Source: the human T2T-CHM13v2.0 reference genome, Homo sapiens. From it: a stretch of 64,000 nt of DNA. The DNA is taken from assembly GCF_009914755.1 (NCBI RefSeq), contig NC_060935.1. One strand, written 5' to 3'. A program made the translations under genes and the position numbers. The notes beneath the pieces are model-generated. The model did not search any database, was not told the DNA's origin, and saw only the letters and a program-made list of their open reading frames with translations. Shown piece after piece: positions 31,703-44,989 of the stretch (positions are counted from its first letter, which is position 1; each line of letters starts with the position of its first letter).

Positions 31703-32005
31703 TTTTTTTTTTTTTTTTTTTTTTTGAGACGGAGTCTCGCTTTGTCGCCCAGGCTGGAGTGCAGTGGCACATCTCGGCTCACTACAAGCTCCGCCTCCCG
31801 GTTTCACGCCATTCTTCTGCCTCAGTCTCCCGAGTAGCTGGGACTACAGGTGCCCGCCAGCACGCCTGGCGAATTTTTTGTATTTCTAGTAGAGACGGGG
31901 TTTCACCATGTTAGCCAGGATGGTCTCCATCTCCTGACCTCGTGATCCGCCGGCCTCGGCCTCCCAAAGTGCTGGGATTACAGGTGTGAACCACCGCGCC
32001 TGGCC
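31703..32005 (-). mobile_element. AluY
   Basis: Y diagnostics (caagctccgcc, ttcacgccatt, ttagccaggatgg); TSD tgcactt. Confidence 0.95.
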
Positions 32006-32665
32006 TGCACTTCTTGTTAGATATCACAAAAAGACTTGTGTGGTAGCTTCTTTTTTTTGTAAATTGGTTTTGAGGCCCAGGTTCACATCATTTAGACATC
32101 CTCCATAGTTCCTAGTACAGAACATGTATTTAGTACAAGTAGGAGGCTCTTAAGCACTTGCTGAAATAATAAAATACTACTTTCAATGAGCTTTTCCATA
32201 CATTACTTCAGGGTATGATTATCCCAGTTTTACAAATAAAAGAGGCCCAGAAAAGTTTAGTGATTCAGAAAAGAGGCCAAATTTTCCACAGAAGCTGAGA
32301 TACAAGACCCACATAAGGGGTTCAGATGTGAATGTAGGTACCCTTGAGTAACTGCTCCCACCTTTTATTGAATAACCCACTAAGAATATAAATTAGTTAC
32401 TTTTTTGAGGAATCAACTTGTCAATATCTATATCAAGAGTCAAGAAATTCATAATCTGAACAGTTTATCTATTTCTAGAAAACCACCATGAGAAAATATC
32501 TAGAGATGTAGACTGACTTACACATGAAGATAACCACTGCACTGTTGTTAAAAATAGTGATGAGATGAGTAAAATCTTCTGCTTCCCCGTTGATAGACTG
32601 AAAATTCATTTTCCTCCCAAACCCCAAAGAAGTGGCAATGTAGTACAAGAAGGAATAATGTAATT

Positions 32666-32762
32666 AGGGGAGGGAAGGAGAGAGGGAGAGAGGGAGGGAG
32701 GGAGGGGGAGGGAGGAGAGGGAGACAGAAGGAGGGAGAGGGAGAAGGAGAGGGAGAGAGGAA
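32666..32762 (+). repeat. GA-rich polypurine tract
   Basis: About 97 nt containing a single pyrimidine. Confidence 0.9.
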
Positions 32763-32955
32763 TAAGGGCAAAAAGACAGACTAGAAATTTTTAACTATTT
32801 TCAAAAGATGGAAATAGATGGGATTATATTGGTAAATGTACATTATTGTAGACATACTACAATGCTGATGTATCATAATCCACCCAAAGAAGCCAGGTTC
32901 AGGACCATGGGGAAAGGCTGTATGCGGCAGCCACTGCTGCTTCTTGGGAATTACA

Positions 32956-33262
32956 GCAGCACTGTCAAATACAAATGTAGCGTGAGGCACATATGTGATT
33001 TTAAAATTTATAGTGGCCACATTTAAAATGTAAAAAGAAACAGGTGAAATTAATTTTAATATATTTTAGCCTAATATTTCTAAAATATTATTTCAATATA
33101 TAATCAATATAAAAATAGTATACATATTTATCTTTACTTTTGTACTAAGTCTTTAAAATCTAGTGTGTATTTGATACTTGCAGCACATCTCAATTCAAAT
33201 AAGCCAGATTTCAAGTACTCAACAGACCAGGTAGCCAGAAGGTACCATACTGAATAGCACAG
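32956..33262. mobile_element. MER33-like hAT-Charlie MITE
   Basis: cagcactgtcaaata ... aaaagaaacaggtgaaattaattttaat ... tactgaatagcacag. Confidence 0.85.
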
Positions 33263-34292
33263 AATTAGACAACAAGGAGAGTAACGGCAGGAAGAGGAGG
33301 AGAAATCAAGGTGATGAGTTGAAGGACTGTCTATAGAACAGCTAGGCAAAACATTTTAGATATGCAAGGAGTTACAAAGTTTAACTCCTGTGTACTCTTT
33401 CTGAACAAATTACCAGGGATGATTTACAGCAAAATTAAAAAGGGTTTTAAGAAGTAGGATGACATGGCATGTGAGAAAGATTTAACTCAGGATTTCAATG
33501 AAGGCCTTGAAATTAGAACAGGAACTCTGAGGACTTAGAGAAAAATGTGTCAAGATGAAAGTCATTTTCCTATAACAAACAGTATGATTAAGAAGCTAAG
33601 TGATCTTAGTCATAAGGTAATGGCAGATGCTGTTTTTCTTCAATCAGGAAAAAAATCTCCAATTAAGATAAAAAAGGCAATTAAAAATTCCAAGGTAAAC
33701 AAAAAGCAAAGACAAGGTATAAATGCAAAGGAAAGACAATGTGGCAAGTGACGGAAAGAGAATCTATTTGATCTTGATGTTTGGAATATTCTCTTTTAAA
33801 TATTGCAGGCTTAATATCATCAAACTTTATTTTTGTCCTATGGGTCAAATTATGAAACTCAGCTATGCTGTGAATATTTACATGACTATAGTGTTGCAAA
33901 GAATATTCATTGTTTAATTCTTAGAATCAATCACAAACAAAACCTAAGATATTTCATAGATCTAACTGTAAATGTTATTCATCTACACAGTGAACACTTC
34001 TAAGAGAAAAAAAAATTAATTCCTTCATCTTACTTGTTGGACAGTCAAAATATCCTGTATACAGTTATAGAGGGAAAAACAGAATTTTAGGCATAAGACA
34101 AGTTTGCCTAAAGGCTTTAATGATTCAACAATATCCTGTTTTTTTTGAAAATCTAGGAAGACAAAGGGTCTAATGTCTTGGTGGCACAAAAGTGGTTTAA
34201 TGAGTGAGTCACACTGCAGCCATTAAATTATCCTCAAATTTTATAATAAGCATTGTTAAGCTTATAACATTAAGTGAAATAAACTGTACCCA

Positions 34293-34589
34293 GGCTGGGT
34301 GCTGTGGCACACGCCTGTAATCCTGGCACAGGAGGGAGGGAGGGAGGCGGGTGAATCACTTGAGCTTAGGAGTTCAAGACCAGCCCGCGCAACATGGCAA
34401 AACCCCGTCTCTACTAAAAATACAAAAATTAGCTAGGTGTGGTGGCACGCACCTATAGTCCCAGCTACTTCGAAGCTGAGGTAGGAGGATTCCTTGAGCT
34501 CAGGAGGCAGAGGTTGCAGTGAGTAGAGTATCGCACCATTGACTCCAGCCTGAGCAATGGGAATGAAATCCTGTCTCAAAAACAAAAAA
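34293..34589 (+). mobile_element. Alu (J/early S)
   Basis: Full dimer; TSD aaactgtaccca. Confidence 0.92.
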
Positions 34590-35719
34590 CTGTACCCAAA
34601 ATTGTAGAGACAATATGAAGACTGGGCAAATAGATGAAACTAGAGCTATATTTATCTGTTAGAGTTATATAATCACCTGGCTTTAGAAAGGCAATCCTGC
34701 GAAGGTTTAGGAATTTAGTTGAGAAGACAAAAGTGGTAAAAGGAAGTCAGGTGTAAGTGCTTCTAGTTGGTACTAACTCTGATCTGTCTCTCTGTAGCTA
34801 ACTCCTGTTCCTCAACACACACATTTTGTAATTCATTAAATATTCAAAGGTTCAGATTCTCAAGGCTACCTGAATAATTTAGGGTGGTCTCAGCACCATT
34901 AAACTGTGCAGAATAGTCAAGGGAGAGGCTTCTTAGAAGAACTACGCCTTGAGCTGCATCTCAAAGAATGTACCAGTTTGAAAATGTTAATTTGAGAGTC
35001 CACAGAATTTTTAGTAGGCAAAAAGGAGGCAGAGGCCAGCAGCCCAGACTGAAATGCAAAGAAAATTCTCATGGAACAGAGGAAAATGATGCCAGCTGGA
35101 AGGCACGGTAACCAGAAGATAGTGGGAGACACCGACTGTCCTCATCCTACCAGCTGACACAAAGATTGGTGTTTCTCAGGGCTCTGTTTCCCAAGACAGA
35201 GGTATAACTCTCCCAAATTTGTTATCAGAGTTTCCCAGTCTCTCCTACCAATTTATATTTGATCCTCTCCGTATTAGACAGATAAACTGTCTTTTCTCCT
35301 CCACTCTTTTCCTAAGTCTCACTGTTGCCCATGAGATAAATTTCTCACTAGCAAATAATTGCATCACAGAGAACAGAGTTTGCTTACAGAGACCCAGGAC
35401 AATCAACTCGACAGCTGTAAAAAATTAAAAATAACTTTAAAAATAACAGGCAGAATGACTACAATTCTTCACCCTTCATGTCTGGACTTTGAAATCAAAC
35501 TGCCCGGATTAGCCAAAGTGAAAGGAATAAATCTGTTAAGGCACCTTAAATAGGGCTCCATATTCAAAACATACCCTTTATAAGCTTCCAACACCCCCTT
35601 ATTCAGACTTTTTATGAGTATCATCTCACATCCTTACTCTTCAGAAAGAGATCTAATAAAAGAACAGGAGGAAATAATATAAGCACACACATGTGCCAGA
35701 AACTGAGTAACAAACCCAT

Positions 35720-35870
35720 AAAGTACTTGTTATTCCCATTTTACAGAATAGGAAATCGAACTTCATAGAGACTGGGTGATTTGCTAGCTATGTAAATACT
35801 GGAGCTGGGATTCAAATGTAGGTACTTCTCACTTTAAAGCTCCATATTCTTCCCACCTACATCATGCTGC
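35720..35870 (-). mobile_element. MIR
   Basis: tattcccattttacaga...ggagctgggattcaaa. Confidence 0.7.
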
Positions 35871-35970
35871 CTGAGAAGAGAAGAGAAGAGAAGAGAAAGG
35901 AGAATTTACCAAATCTACATTAATGAGAAGCAAGAACAGAGAGGTATGGGCTGTTCTGTTTACATCCCCT

Positions 35971-35972
<2 letters not shown>

Positions 35973-36010
<38 letters not shown>

Positions 36011-36020
36011 TTTTTTTTTT
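35973..36020. repeat. (AT)16 microsatellite followed by a T run
   Basis: Direct reading. Confidence 0.92.
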
Positions 36021-36879
36021 AGGAAAAGAAACAAAATATTCCTGCTAGGTAAGACTCAGAGACTCTTTCAAGATGACAAAAGTGAATAGCCTCAAATAGA
36101 CCTTTCTTTTTAGAGGGGGGCATTAAGTATCAGAGCCAGGGGAGCTCTCTCATGATTCTGTCATGGCTCAAGGAAAATTTTAAGAAAAATACTGTTTACC
36201 TAGTATGACCAGAGCATCTAAGAGAATCCAGAAGGAGTGGTGAGGCAGAGAAAGGGAGGGAAAGCAGACTGACTCACTATTTGTTTTCCAAAAATAAAAA
36301 ATCAAACCAAACATAGCAGGAATGAACCATCCAACTGGGTGATCTAAGGATTAACTGTCCATGTGGCCAAACGTTTAATTTAATCTTTCTGATGGACCAG
36401 CTATAAAAGAGAAGAAGAGCTCAGTATAAGACTCCTTATCAAGAGGGCACCAAAAAAAGTTGTATTTAAAGCTTTTGAGATACAGACCTAAGCAAATGGC
36501 TTGATATGAAACCCCTGGTTCTAGTTTCCAACATGCTTGCTGTGGCCAACTTCATAAGGTTGGGTTTGGAGATATGAATGTCCTCCGAGTGTCAACTACC
36601 ATCTCACATTTTTATATCCTCCTCATAGGGTACAGCTGGGCGTTTTTATATGGGTCCAAACTGACATTGAAAACAATGCCAACATAATAAGGTAGAAAGA
36701 ACATGGGCTTTGGAGTTGGGCAATCATGGACTTGAGCCTTGGTTGTACGATTTGAACAAGTTAATACTTCTGAGACTTCTTTTCTTCATCATTAAAATAA
36801 GGATAATTATCTTAGAACATTTATTTCTTGAGAAATAAAGTTCCTGATACATAATAGACACTTACCTAAAAGATAATCC

Positions 36880-38480
36880 CCATGTTAACCCTTGCTTCAC
36901 ACCATATACAAACATTAACTTGAACTGGATTATAGACCTAAATGTAAAAGCTAAAACATCTCCTACAAGAAAACATAGGAGAAAAATCTTTGTGACCTTT
37001 AAGTAAACAAAAAGCATAAATCATAAAAGAAAAACTGAAAACTAAGCTTCATCAAAATTCAAAGCTTTTGTTCCTCAAATGATACAATTAAGAGAAGGAA
37101 AGGGCATGACACAAACTGGGAGAACATACAGTTGAACCTTGAACAACATGGGGGTTAGGGGATGGCTCCCTCCCATGCAGTCAAAAATCCATGTACAACT
37201 TTTGACTCCCCTGAAACTTAACTACTATAAACAGTGGAATAACACATACTTAGTATGTTATATATTATATATTGCATTTTTACAGTAAAGATAGAGAAAA
37301 AAATCATAAGGAAGATTAAAATGTATTTAGTATTGATTAAGTGGAAGTGGATCATCATAAAGGTCTTTATCTTCATCTTGACATTGAGTAGGCTGAGGAG
37401 AAAGAGGAAAAGAAGAGGTTAGACTTGCTGTCTCAGCAGTGACAGAAGCAGAAGAGGTAGAAGGGGAGGAAGGGGAGGCAGGAGAGGCAAGCACACTCAG
37501 TGTCACTTTTACTGAAAAGAATCCAAGTATAAATGGACCCATGCAGTTCAAGCCCATTTTGTTCAAGGATCAGTTGTATTCACATGTTTTCACAGATTGA
37601 AGGAAATGTTTAATATATTTCTATCTTACAAAGAACTGGTATCCAGATCATAAAAGGAACTTGTACAACTCAGTAAGAAGATAAATGACACAATTTTTTA
37701 AATGGGCAAAAGATTTGAACAGATACTAGACAAAAGAAGATAGTATACAAAATGCCAGTTGGCACATGGTGCTCAACATCACTAGACATCAGGGAAACAA
37801 ATGAAAACCACAATGAATACCATGACCTATAAACCCATTAGAATGACTAAAATTAAAAAGGCTGATCACACTAAGTGCTTCTGAGATTGTAAAGCAACTG
37901 GAAATCACATACACTGTTGATAGGAAAGTAAAACAATACAGTTTGGAAGTTTCTCAAAAAGTTTAACACGTATCTACCATATGACTGAGCCATTCAACTG
38001 CTGGGTATACCTGGGAGAAATGAAAATGTATGCTCCACAGAAAGATTTCCAAGTGAATGTTCATATCAGCTTTATTTAAAAGAGCCAGAAACAAGAAAGA
38101 ACCCAATGTCCATCAATAGGTGGTATATCCACACAATGGAATACTACTCAGCAATAACATGGATACATGCAACAACATGGACACATCCAGAAATCACTAT
38201 GCTGAGTGAAATAAGCTGCACAAAAAGTGTACATACTGTACTCCTATAAAATGCAAACTAATTTAGAGTGACAAAGAACAGAGGAGTGCTTGCCTGGGGC
38301 TAAGGGCAAAGGAAGGGAAAGACTGCAAAGGGGCAAGAGGAATCTTTTGGGGATGATGCCAATGTTCTACATCTTCAATGTAGTACTTGTTTCATGAGTA
38401 CGGACAGACACCTATGAGACTCATTAAATGTACACAGATATAGTTCACTGTGTGTAAATTATCCTTTGAAGTTGATAAGG
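36880..38480 (+). mobile_element. Old L1M (MC/ME-like) 3' part interrupted by Tigger2a
   Basis: cttcacaccatatacaaacattaact, aaatgggcaaaagatttgaacaga, 3' UTR motifs. Confidence 0.82.
37129..37576. mobile_element. Tigger2a-like (TcMar-Tigger) element
   Basis: Imperfect TIRs cagttgaaccttgaacaa / ttgttcaaggatcagttg with TA on both sides. Confidence 0.88.
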
Positions 38481-38614
38481 AAAAAAGTAATTTCCTTTGC
38501 CACTCCTGCTGCCACTGGAAACAAGTTAGCAAGCTACTACCTCCCATATCTCACGATCACTGGGAAAACAGGAAGCTGTATAGAAGTTGGTGAGAAAATG
38601 AGTGGTATTGCAAA

Positions 38615-38815
38615 AAACATTTGATTATTAATGAGGTGTCTGGTACTAAGTTACAAATCATCTTACTTAATTCTAACACTTTTGATGAGGTAGGCACTAT
38701 TATCTCTATTACAGATGAGACAACAGGCTCAGAAAGTTTAAAGAACTCATTGAAAGTCACCCCGATGGTAAATGGTAGATTTGGATTCAACAATGTATGC
38801 TGGCATCAGACCAGA
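38615..38815 (-). mobile_element. MIR
   Basis: gaggtaggcactattatctctattacagatgag...aggctcagaaag. Confidence 0.7.
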
Positions 38816-38824
38816 TAAACTTAC

Positions 38825-38887
38825 CTTCGAATGCTATTATTCCCTACAGTGCTTAGGGCATCCTCAGAAAGGAAAAGCCCTGATAGC
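38825..38887 (-). other. Candidate 63-nt cassette/cryptic exon
   Basis: ctcttcttgtccctAG|GCTATC...TTCGAAG|gtaagt (consensus donor). Confidence 0.3.
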
Positions 38888-40139
38888 CTAGGGACAAGAA
38901 GAGCTGCTAGAGATTTCCTTCATCAGGACTGAGAAATCCTCTCAAGTCAGGGAGTTTTTTTTCTTTTAAAAAATTTTTTTTAAGTCGGTGAGTTTTAGCA
39001 GCCTTTTTCAAAGCAGCTTGGGAGAGTGGGAGGTGGGGTACACCTCTGCTTCTGGAGCAGAGGAGAATCCTCTCACTTGGCTCCAGCATTTGCTGGTATT
39101 TTGTTAACTTTTGGCTCCTCCATGTTCACCCACCCACTGGTTTCCCAGAGTAAAAATGCCAAAATATCTTGGCTGAACAGGCGAATGGATCACAGATGAC
39201 AGAGGTAAAAAAAAGAAAAAAAGAAAAAAAAAAGAAAGACAATCAAGAGGTTCTGTAATATGCTTCTTTTTAAAGGTAAAAGCAAATTGCACACGTCCTC
39301 ATTCTTATTCTCTTTGAGTTGGCTGTCTTGTGAAACATTCTGTTGTCTATATTTTCATTCATCACATTGAAAAAAAAGTTAGGCAAATGGGTCATGCTGA
39401 AAGTTTAAGTAAATTTACCGTCTTCCTATTTCAGACCAGCTGTAGTCCATCTCCCCTGAAGCCTGGCCAACAGATCAAGGAGAACATGGCTTGAGCTGCA
39501 AAAACAGACCAGAGAGAGAAACCCTGGGAAACTAGGCTCTAGCGGGTAGCTCAGGAGGGGAACCCACACTGCAGAGGAAAAGTAAAGAGGCCTGGGTGCC
39601 GGGATTAACTCTAATCATCCGTGAGACTCTGGCAAGACATGCTCTCCCTCAGAACCTCCAAAGACTGGAGTGATCAGGTTTTTCAACTTTTAACAAAGGC
39701 CCAGCGTTTCTAACCAAATATAATCTCCCTAAACCCTCAGTTTCTCATGCACTTCCTCTTTGAGGATTGCTCTGCTGCCTGTTTATTCCTCAGAAACCAA
39801 GTTTCACTTTCTGAAATCTGTTATAAAGCCAGGCGACTTTTCATTGTTACACTATAAATTATGATACCAAATAAAAACTTCTAAAAAGTATATACAAGGA
39901 TAATCTGAAATTCAGCCATAAGCCTGAGTGTGTGTCATTGAGAGTTAGGAACTAAATGCTCTAAAACAAACTGTGATGTTTTCTGGTTGTTCCTCATTTC
40001 CATTCCTGACTTAGCCTGAACTGCAATTTTACTAAAGCTCCTTTGCTTCCCCTTCACACACGTTAAGAATTCACCACAGGAACATGTGCTTTTGTGCTCA
40101 TTGAACTAAAGCCTCCTCCCCAAACTATGCTCTGCCAAG

Positions 40140-40310
40140 TTGTTTCCGGTAAGCAACTTTGGAAAATAAAAATTCCCTAGACATTTTGAACAGTGGTTTG
40201 AGAGGAAGACACACAACCCGACAGGGGAACTGAAACATTCCCCCTTGTGTCCACTTCTGTCCTGGGAGGATGGGGGAAGGAAGTCGTGGAAGAAGCTTTT
40301 TAGAGGAAAC
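40140..40310. promoter_or_regulatory. Putative haematopoietic enhancer (EICE, GAS-like and ETS motifs)
   Basis: GGAACTGAAAC 40226-40236; TTCCGGTAA 40144-40152; AGGAAGT 40278-40284. Confidence 0.4.
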
Positions 40311-40538
40311 AGACTCGCAGGACTTTTGCTGCAAACAATTGGGTACTGTATCCAGCTGTTGACCGAGGCAACTGTCAGCTCAAAACCATGCAGAGAACAA
40401 GGGAGCCAGAGTTCCTTCTCCTAAAATACGACAGGACTACACTTCTGTTTCACATGTCATAGCCTAGTACCTGTATTCTAGCCCTTGAGCCCATTCTCAG
40501 TATTAGAAGGGGCCTTCGGCATCATTTACCCAGTGGCC

Positions 40539-40803
40539 TTTTTTTTTTTTAATAAGTGGAATTATTTATTTCTACATACAAGATTTCGTATAGAAGCATA
40601 ACATAGAAGTAAAAGCAGAACTGCTCTAGGGGGCAGGGGATGCAGGCAGAGAGCTCTGCCAGCTGAGCTACTGTCATCCCTTTCATCAGGCACCTCTCTG
40701 GATTCCCAGGTGGCCCTGGGTCTTTGTTTATAAGGTCTTTGTTGATTCTCAGCCTGGGATTCATGGTACTTGTGGAGAGTACAGATGAACACACAAATGA
40801 CCA
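40539..40803 (-). pseudogene. 5'-truncated processed retrocopy of an unidentified mRNA
   Basis: Minus strand: GC-richer body, AATAAA (plus 40565-40570), 14 nt spacer, then A12; degenerate flanking repeat cca(g)tg(g/c)cctt. Confidence 0.55.
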
Positions 40804-41132
40804 TGCCCTTCATTTGATTCAGTAGAGGGGTGGTATGAGCTTTCGTTCTCACATCTTCTCCTTCAATAATCTCATTAACTCCCAGTGCTTCATTTACCAT
40901 TTCTACGTGAAATAGTCTCACATTGTACATTTTTAGACACTATCTCCCTACTGAAAGCCAAGCATCTAAAGCATACTGCTGGGAGAAGACAAGCAGGGAG
41001 CTAGGTAAGTAGATAGGGAACTGGAAGTCTGGCAGCAGAATTCCAAGTGTTTGGTCCCCAAATCCAGGACCAGGACTCTAATTCCAAGGAGACTGGTGAG
41101 AGAAAAGAATAATGGGAGTCTTTAAAGAATCA

Positions 41133-41532
<400 letters not shown>

Positions 41533-41799
41533 AACTGGGGGCCAAAGTCAGACGGGGACTAGCTTTAAGGCTGACTTGATGCCGACTCCCAGAAGCCTGG
41601 ATCAGGCTCTTAAATCTCATACCACGTCATCCCCGTTACATGCAGGATGACTTCACAGAACCCGTCATAAGGCACTAGAGGACAGAGCTCAGCAGGGCTT
41701 CACAGCTCGGCGTGTCTGTGCCCTGCTTGCCTAGCAAGTTGAAAGCATGTGATAAGCTGAAAGGATGCAGACCAGACACTCCTAACACTTTTTGGGTCA

Positions 41800-42190
41800 C
41801 TCACTGAGAGACCAAATAGCCATTTCTCCCTTCACCCTTGTTACAGAATTCATATTTTGTTCAGAGGACTGGTGGAGATCTGATGTTATCAGGGAAGGTA
41901 AATCCCCTCCCTTTGCCCCAGGGGCTGAATCAAAAGCAATTATACAAATCCCATTCCTCATTGATGGGAATGATCTAGAGGTGGGCATGTGACCTATTGC
42001 TAGCCAAAAAAAACATAAGGGGTTTTCTGAGGGAAAGTGCCTGATTTTCCTGGTGACATGCTTGAGCCACTGAAAGAATGCTGAAACTTCCAGCCTCTTA
42101 CTTTGCTAAATGAATATCAAAGTCCTTGTGATTTAAGTCACTATTAGTCAGATTCTCTGTTAACTGCAGCTAAAAGTTCTCCTGACCTGC
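41800..42190 (+). mobile_element. MLT1K-like MaLR LTR
   Basis: gtgggcatgtgacctattgctagcca ... ttctctgttaactgcagctaaa. Confidence 0.6.
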
Positions 42191-42322
42191 TGACCCACTT
42201 GATAATCAGATTAAAACTGTGAGTCCTATATCCTGCAACCTCTATTATATGGGTACATAGAGTATTTTGCCTATAATTTTTTAAGGTTCACAGACTTCAG
42301 ATCAAGAATCCTTATGCAAGAC

Positions 42323-42823
<501 letters not shown>

Positions 42824-42830
42824 TTTGAGC

Positions 42831-43117
42831 CCAGCATTATTCAATAGAACTTCCTGTGATAATAGAAATGTTTACATCTGTGCTGTCCAGTATGGTTTCC
42901 ACTAGCAACATATGTCTACTGAGCACTTGTGGCTAGTACAACTCAGAAACTGAATTTTTAATTTTACTTGGTTTTAATTTATTAAAATTTAAATAACTGC
43001 CTATGGCTAATGACTACTGTATTGGACAGTGCAGCTCTAGATAACTTGGTTTTATTAAAATTTAAATAACTGCCTATGGCTAATGACTACTGTATTGGAC
43101 AGTGCAGCTCTAGATAA
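42831..43117. mobile_element. MER3-like element with a duplicated end
   Basis: ttcaatagaacttcctgtgataatagaaatg ... tattggacagtgcag (present twice). Confidence 0.82.
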
Positions 43118-43172
43118 ACATAAGGTATTTTATATTATCAGATAACTCCTGGTACTGAACTACAAAATAAAG

Positions 43173-43360
43173 AAGTGGTTCTCAAACTTCAGTATGCATC
43201 AGAATCACCGGAAAGCTTGGTAAAACACAGACTGAAGGCTCCCAGCCTAGAATTTGTGATTCAGTAGCTCTGGCTTGGGGGCCTGAGAATTTGCATTTCT
43301 CAGGGGATCTTACGTGATGTTGGTGCTGTTGGTCCAGGGATGGCACTTTGAGAACTACTG
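43173..43360. mobile_element. MER5A/B-like element
   Basis: agtggttctcaaactt ... cactttgagaactactg. Confidence 0.82.
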
Positions 43361-44394
43361 AAATAAGGAAAACTTGCTGTCTTCCTATAACCTGTACCTT
43401 GGGCCCAGCAGGTGCTTATTATTGAAAGAATGATGGCTACCCTCTAATAAAGGAACACTTTTGGAAGTGTCTACTGTGTTCCAGAGACCATGATTACCTC
43501 CTCATAATCATCAGGTGGCAGGCTGTACGTTTTGAAAGAGATTCACAGAAAGGTTTGCTCAAGGCACTCAAGTCTTATTGCTTACTTCTCTGTATTTTAA
43601 AGTATTAATTCATAAATTGTTTAGATCTAGGCAAGTTTGTGAAAGAATATGTGATACTAGTACAGACCATATGTACTGTACTGTATCATATCATATGTAT
43701 TGTATCATATATGACATATATATTATATATATATACATACAGAATTGCTGAAAACTAAAATGTTCAAGAGTTAAAAAGGCTTTTGACACTGCAATGGTGG
43801 CATGAACGACAACAGGACTGGTCATCTGGAGTGGGGGCTAGGCTTTCTCTAACACCACAAAGGAAATCATCTATGCCAAAGACCTGGTCTGGACAGCAAT
43901 ACAGCTTTCAAGCATTAATGGGAAAGGCAAGAATCAAGGACAAACACACAGGGGACTTTTCTGAAGGTCAAAAAAGCAACAATAAATACCAAACCCAGAA
44001 AAGCTTTTAAATCTGACCTTTTCCTGTGCTGAAGCCATTCGCCTTCCAGCATCTTCAATCTAATAGACTGAAGTGGGCTGAAATGGCTCTTAGGAGAGAA
44101 CTGGGGCTAGTCTTTTCCTTAATGCTGCCTCTTCACCACTACTCAAGCAGCAGCAGCATTACTGGTAATTACATCATTATACCATAATGGAACACATGCG
44201 GTGCAAGTGAAACAGCCTGGCGGCTCCCCAGTTGAGGAGAGAAGAAAAGGACTCCACTTTCACTGTTCAATTTCTATTAACTCTCTAGGTTCTGGCTTAT
44301 TTTCAAAGGCAAACCACCTTTATGACATTTCACAATCTTAAAACAGAGACCACAGACGTGGAGCTTACTTAAAGATCAGGAGTGAAGTTAATGC

Positions 44395-44535
44395 ATTAGT
44401 GTAATAGAGATCCTCCACGGGAATAGGGATTAGGAGATGTGGGTCCAGTTCTGGCTTTGCTAAAAGCACTTTATGTGACTTGAGGGAAACCATATTTACA
44501 TCTTTTAGGTTTCAGTTTCCTCATCTATAAACAAC
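44395..44535 (+). mobile_element. MIR
   Basis: tttcagtttcctcatctataaa core. Confidence 0.65.
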
Positions 44536-44813
44536 AGCAAAGTTTCTGGGCAGGGGATCCCAAAACGTCCCTGTGGGCAATTTGAGATTGGCACGAATGA
44601 TCACAAGAGCTCTCCCACCCAACTGTAACCTTCTGTTATCAAAAAAGATTCCATGAACAGGAGAGACAGGAGTGAAATAGTATTTGGAAGGCCAACTCTA
44701 TTTGATCTTCACCAGTTAACCAGATGAGAATTCTTGCCTCTACTCTGACCCATGTATCAGTGTCAGGTCATCTTTATCAACATCCACAGCAACATTTCAA
44801 GAGACCAAGCTCA

Positions 44814-44989
44814 GGCGGGGCATGATGGCGCATGCCTGTAATCCCAGTGCTTTAAGAGGCTGAGACAGTAACATCACTTGAGCCCAGGAGTCCGAGGCTA
44901 TAGTGAGCTATGATTGCGCCACCGCTCTTCAGCCTGGGAAACAGAGAGAGACCCTGTCTCACTTAAAAAAAAAAAAAAAAAAAAAAAAA
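44814..44989 (+). mobile_element. FAM/FRAM-type Alu monomer
   Basis: Single monomer with poly(A); TSD agaccaagctca. Confidence 0.85.
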
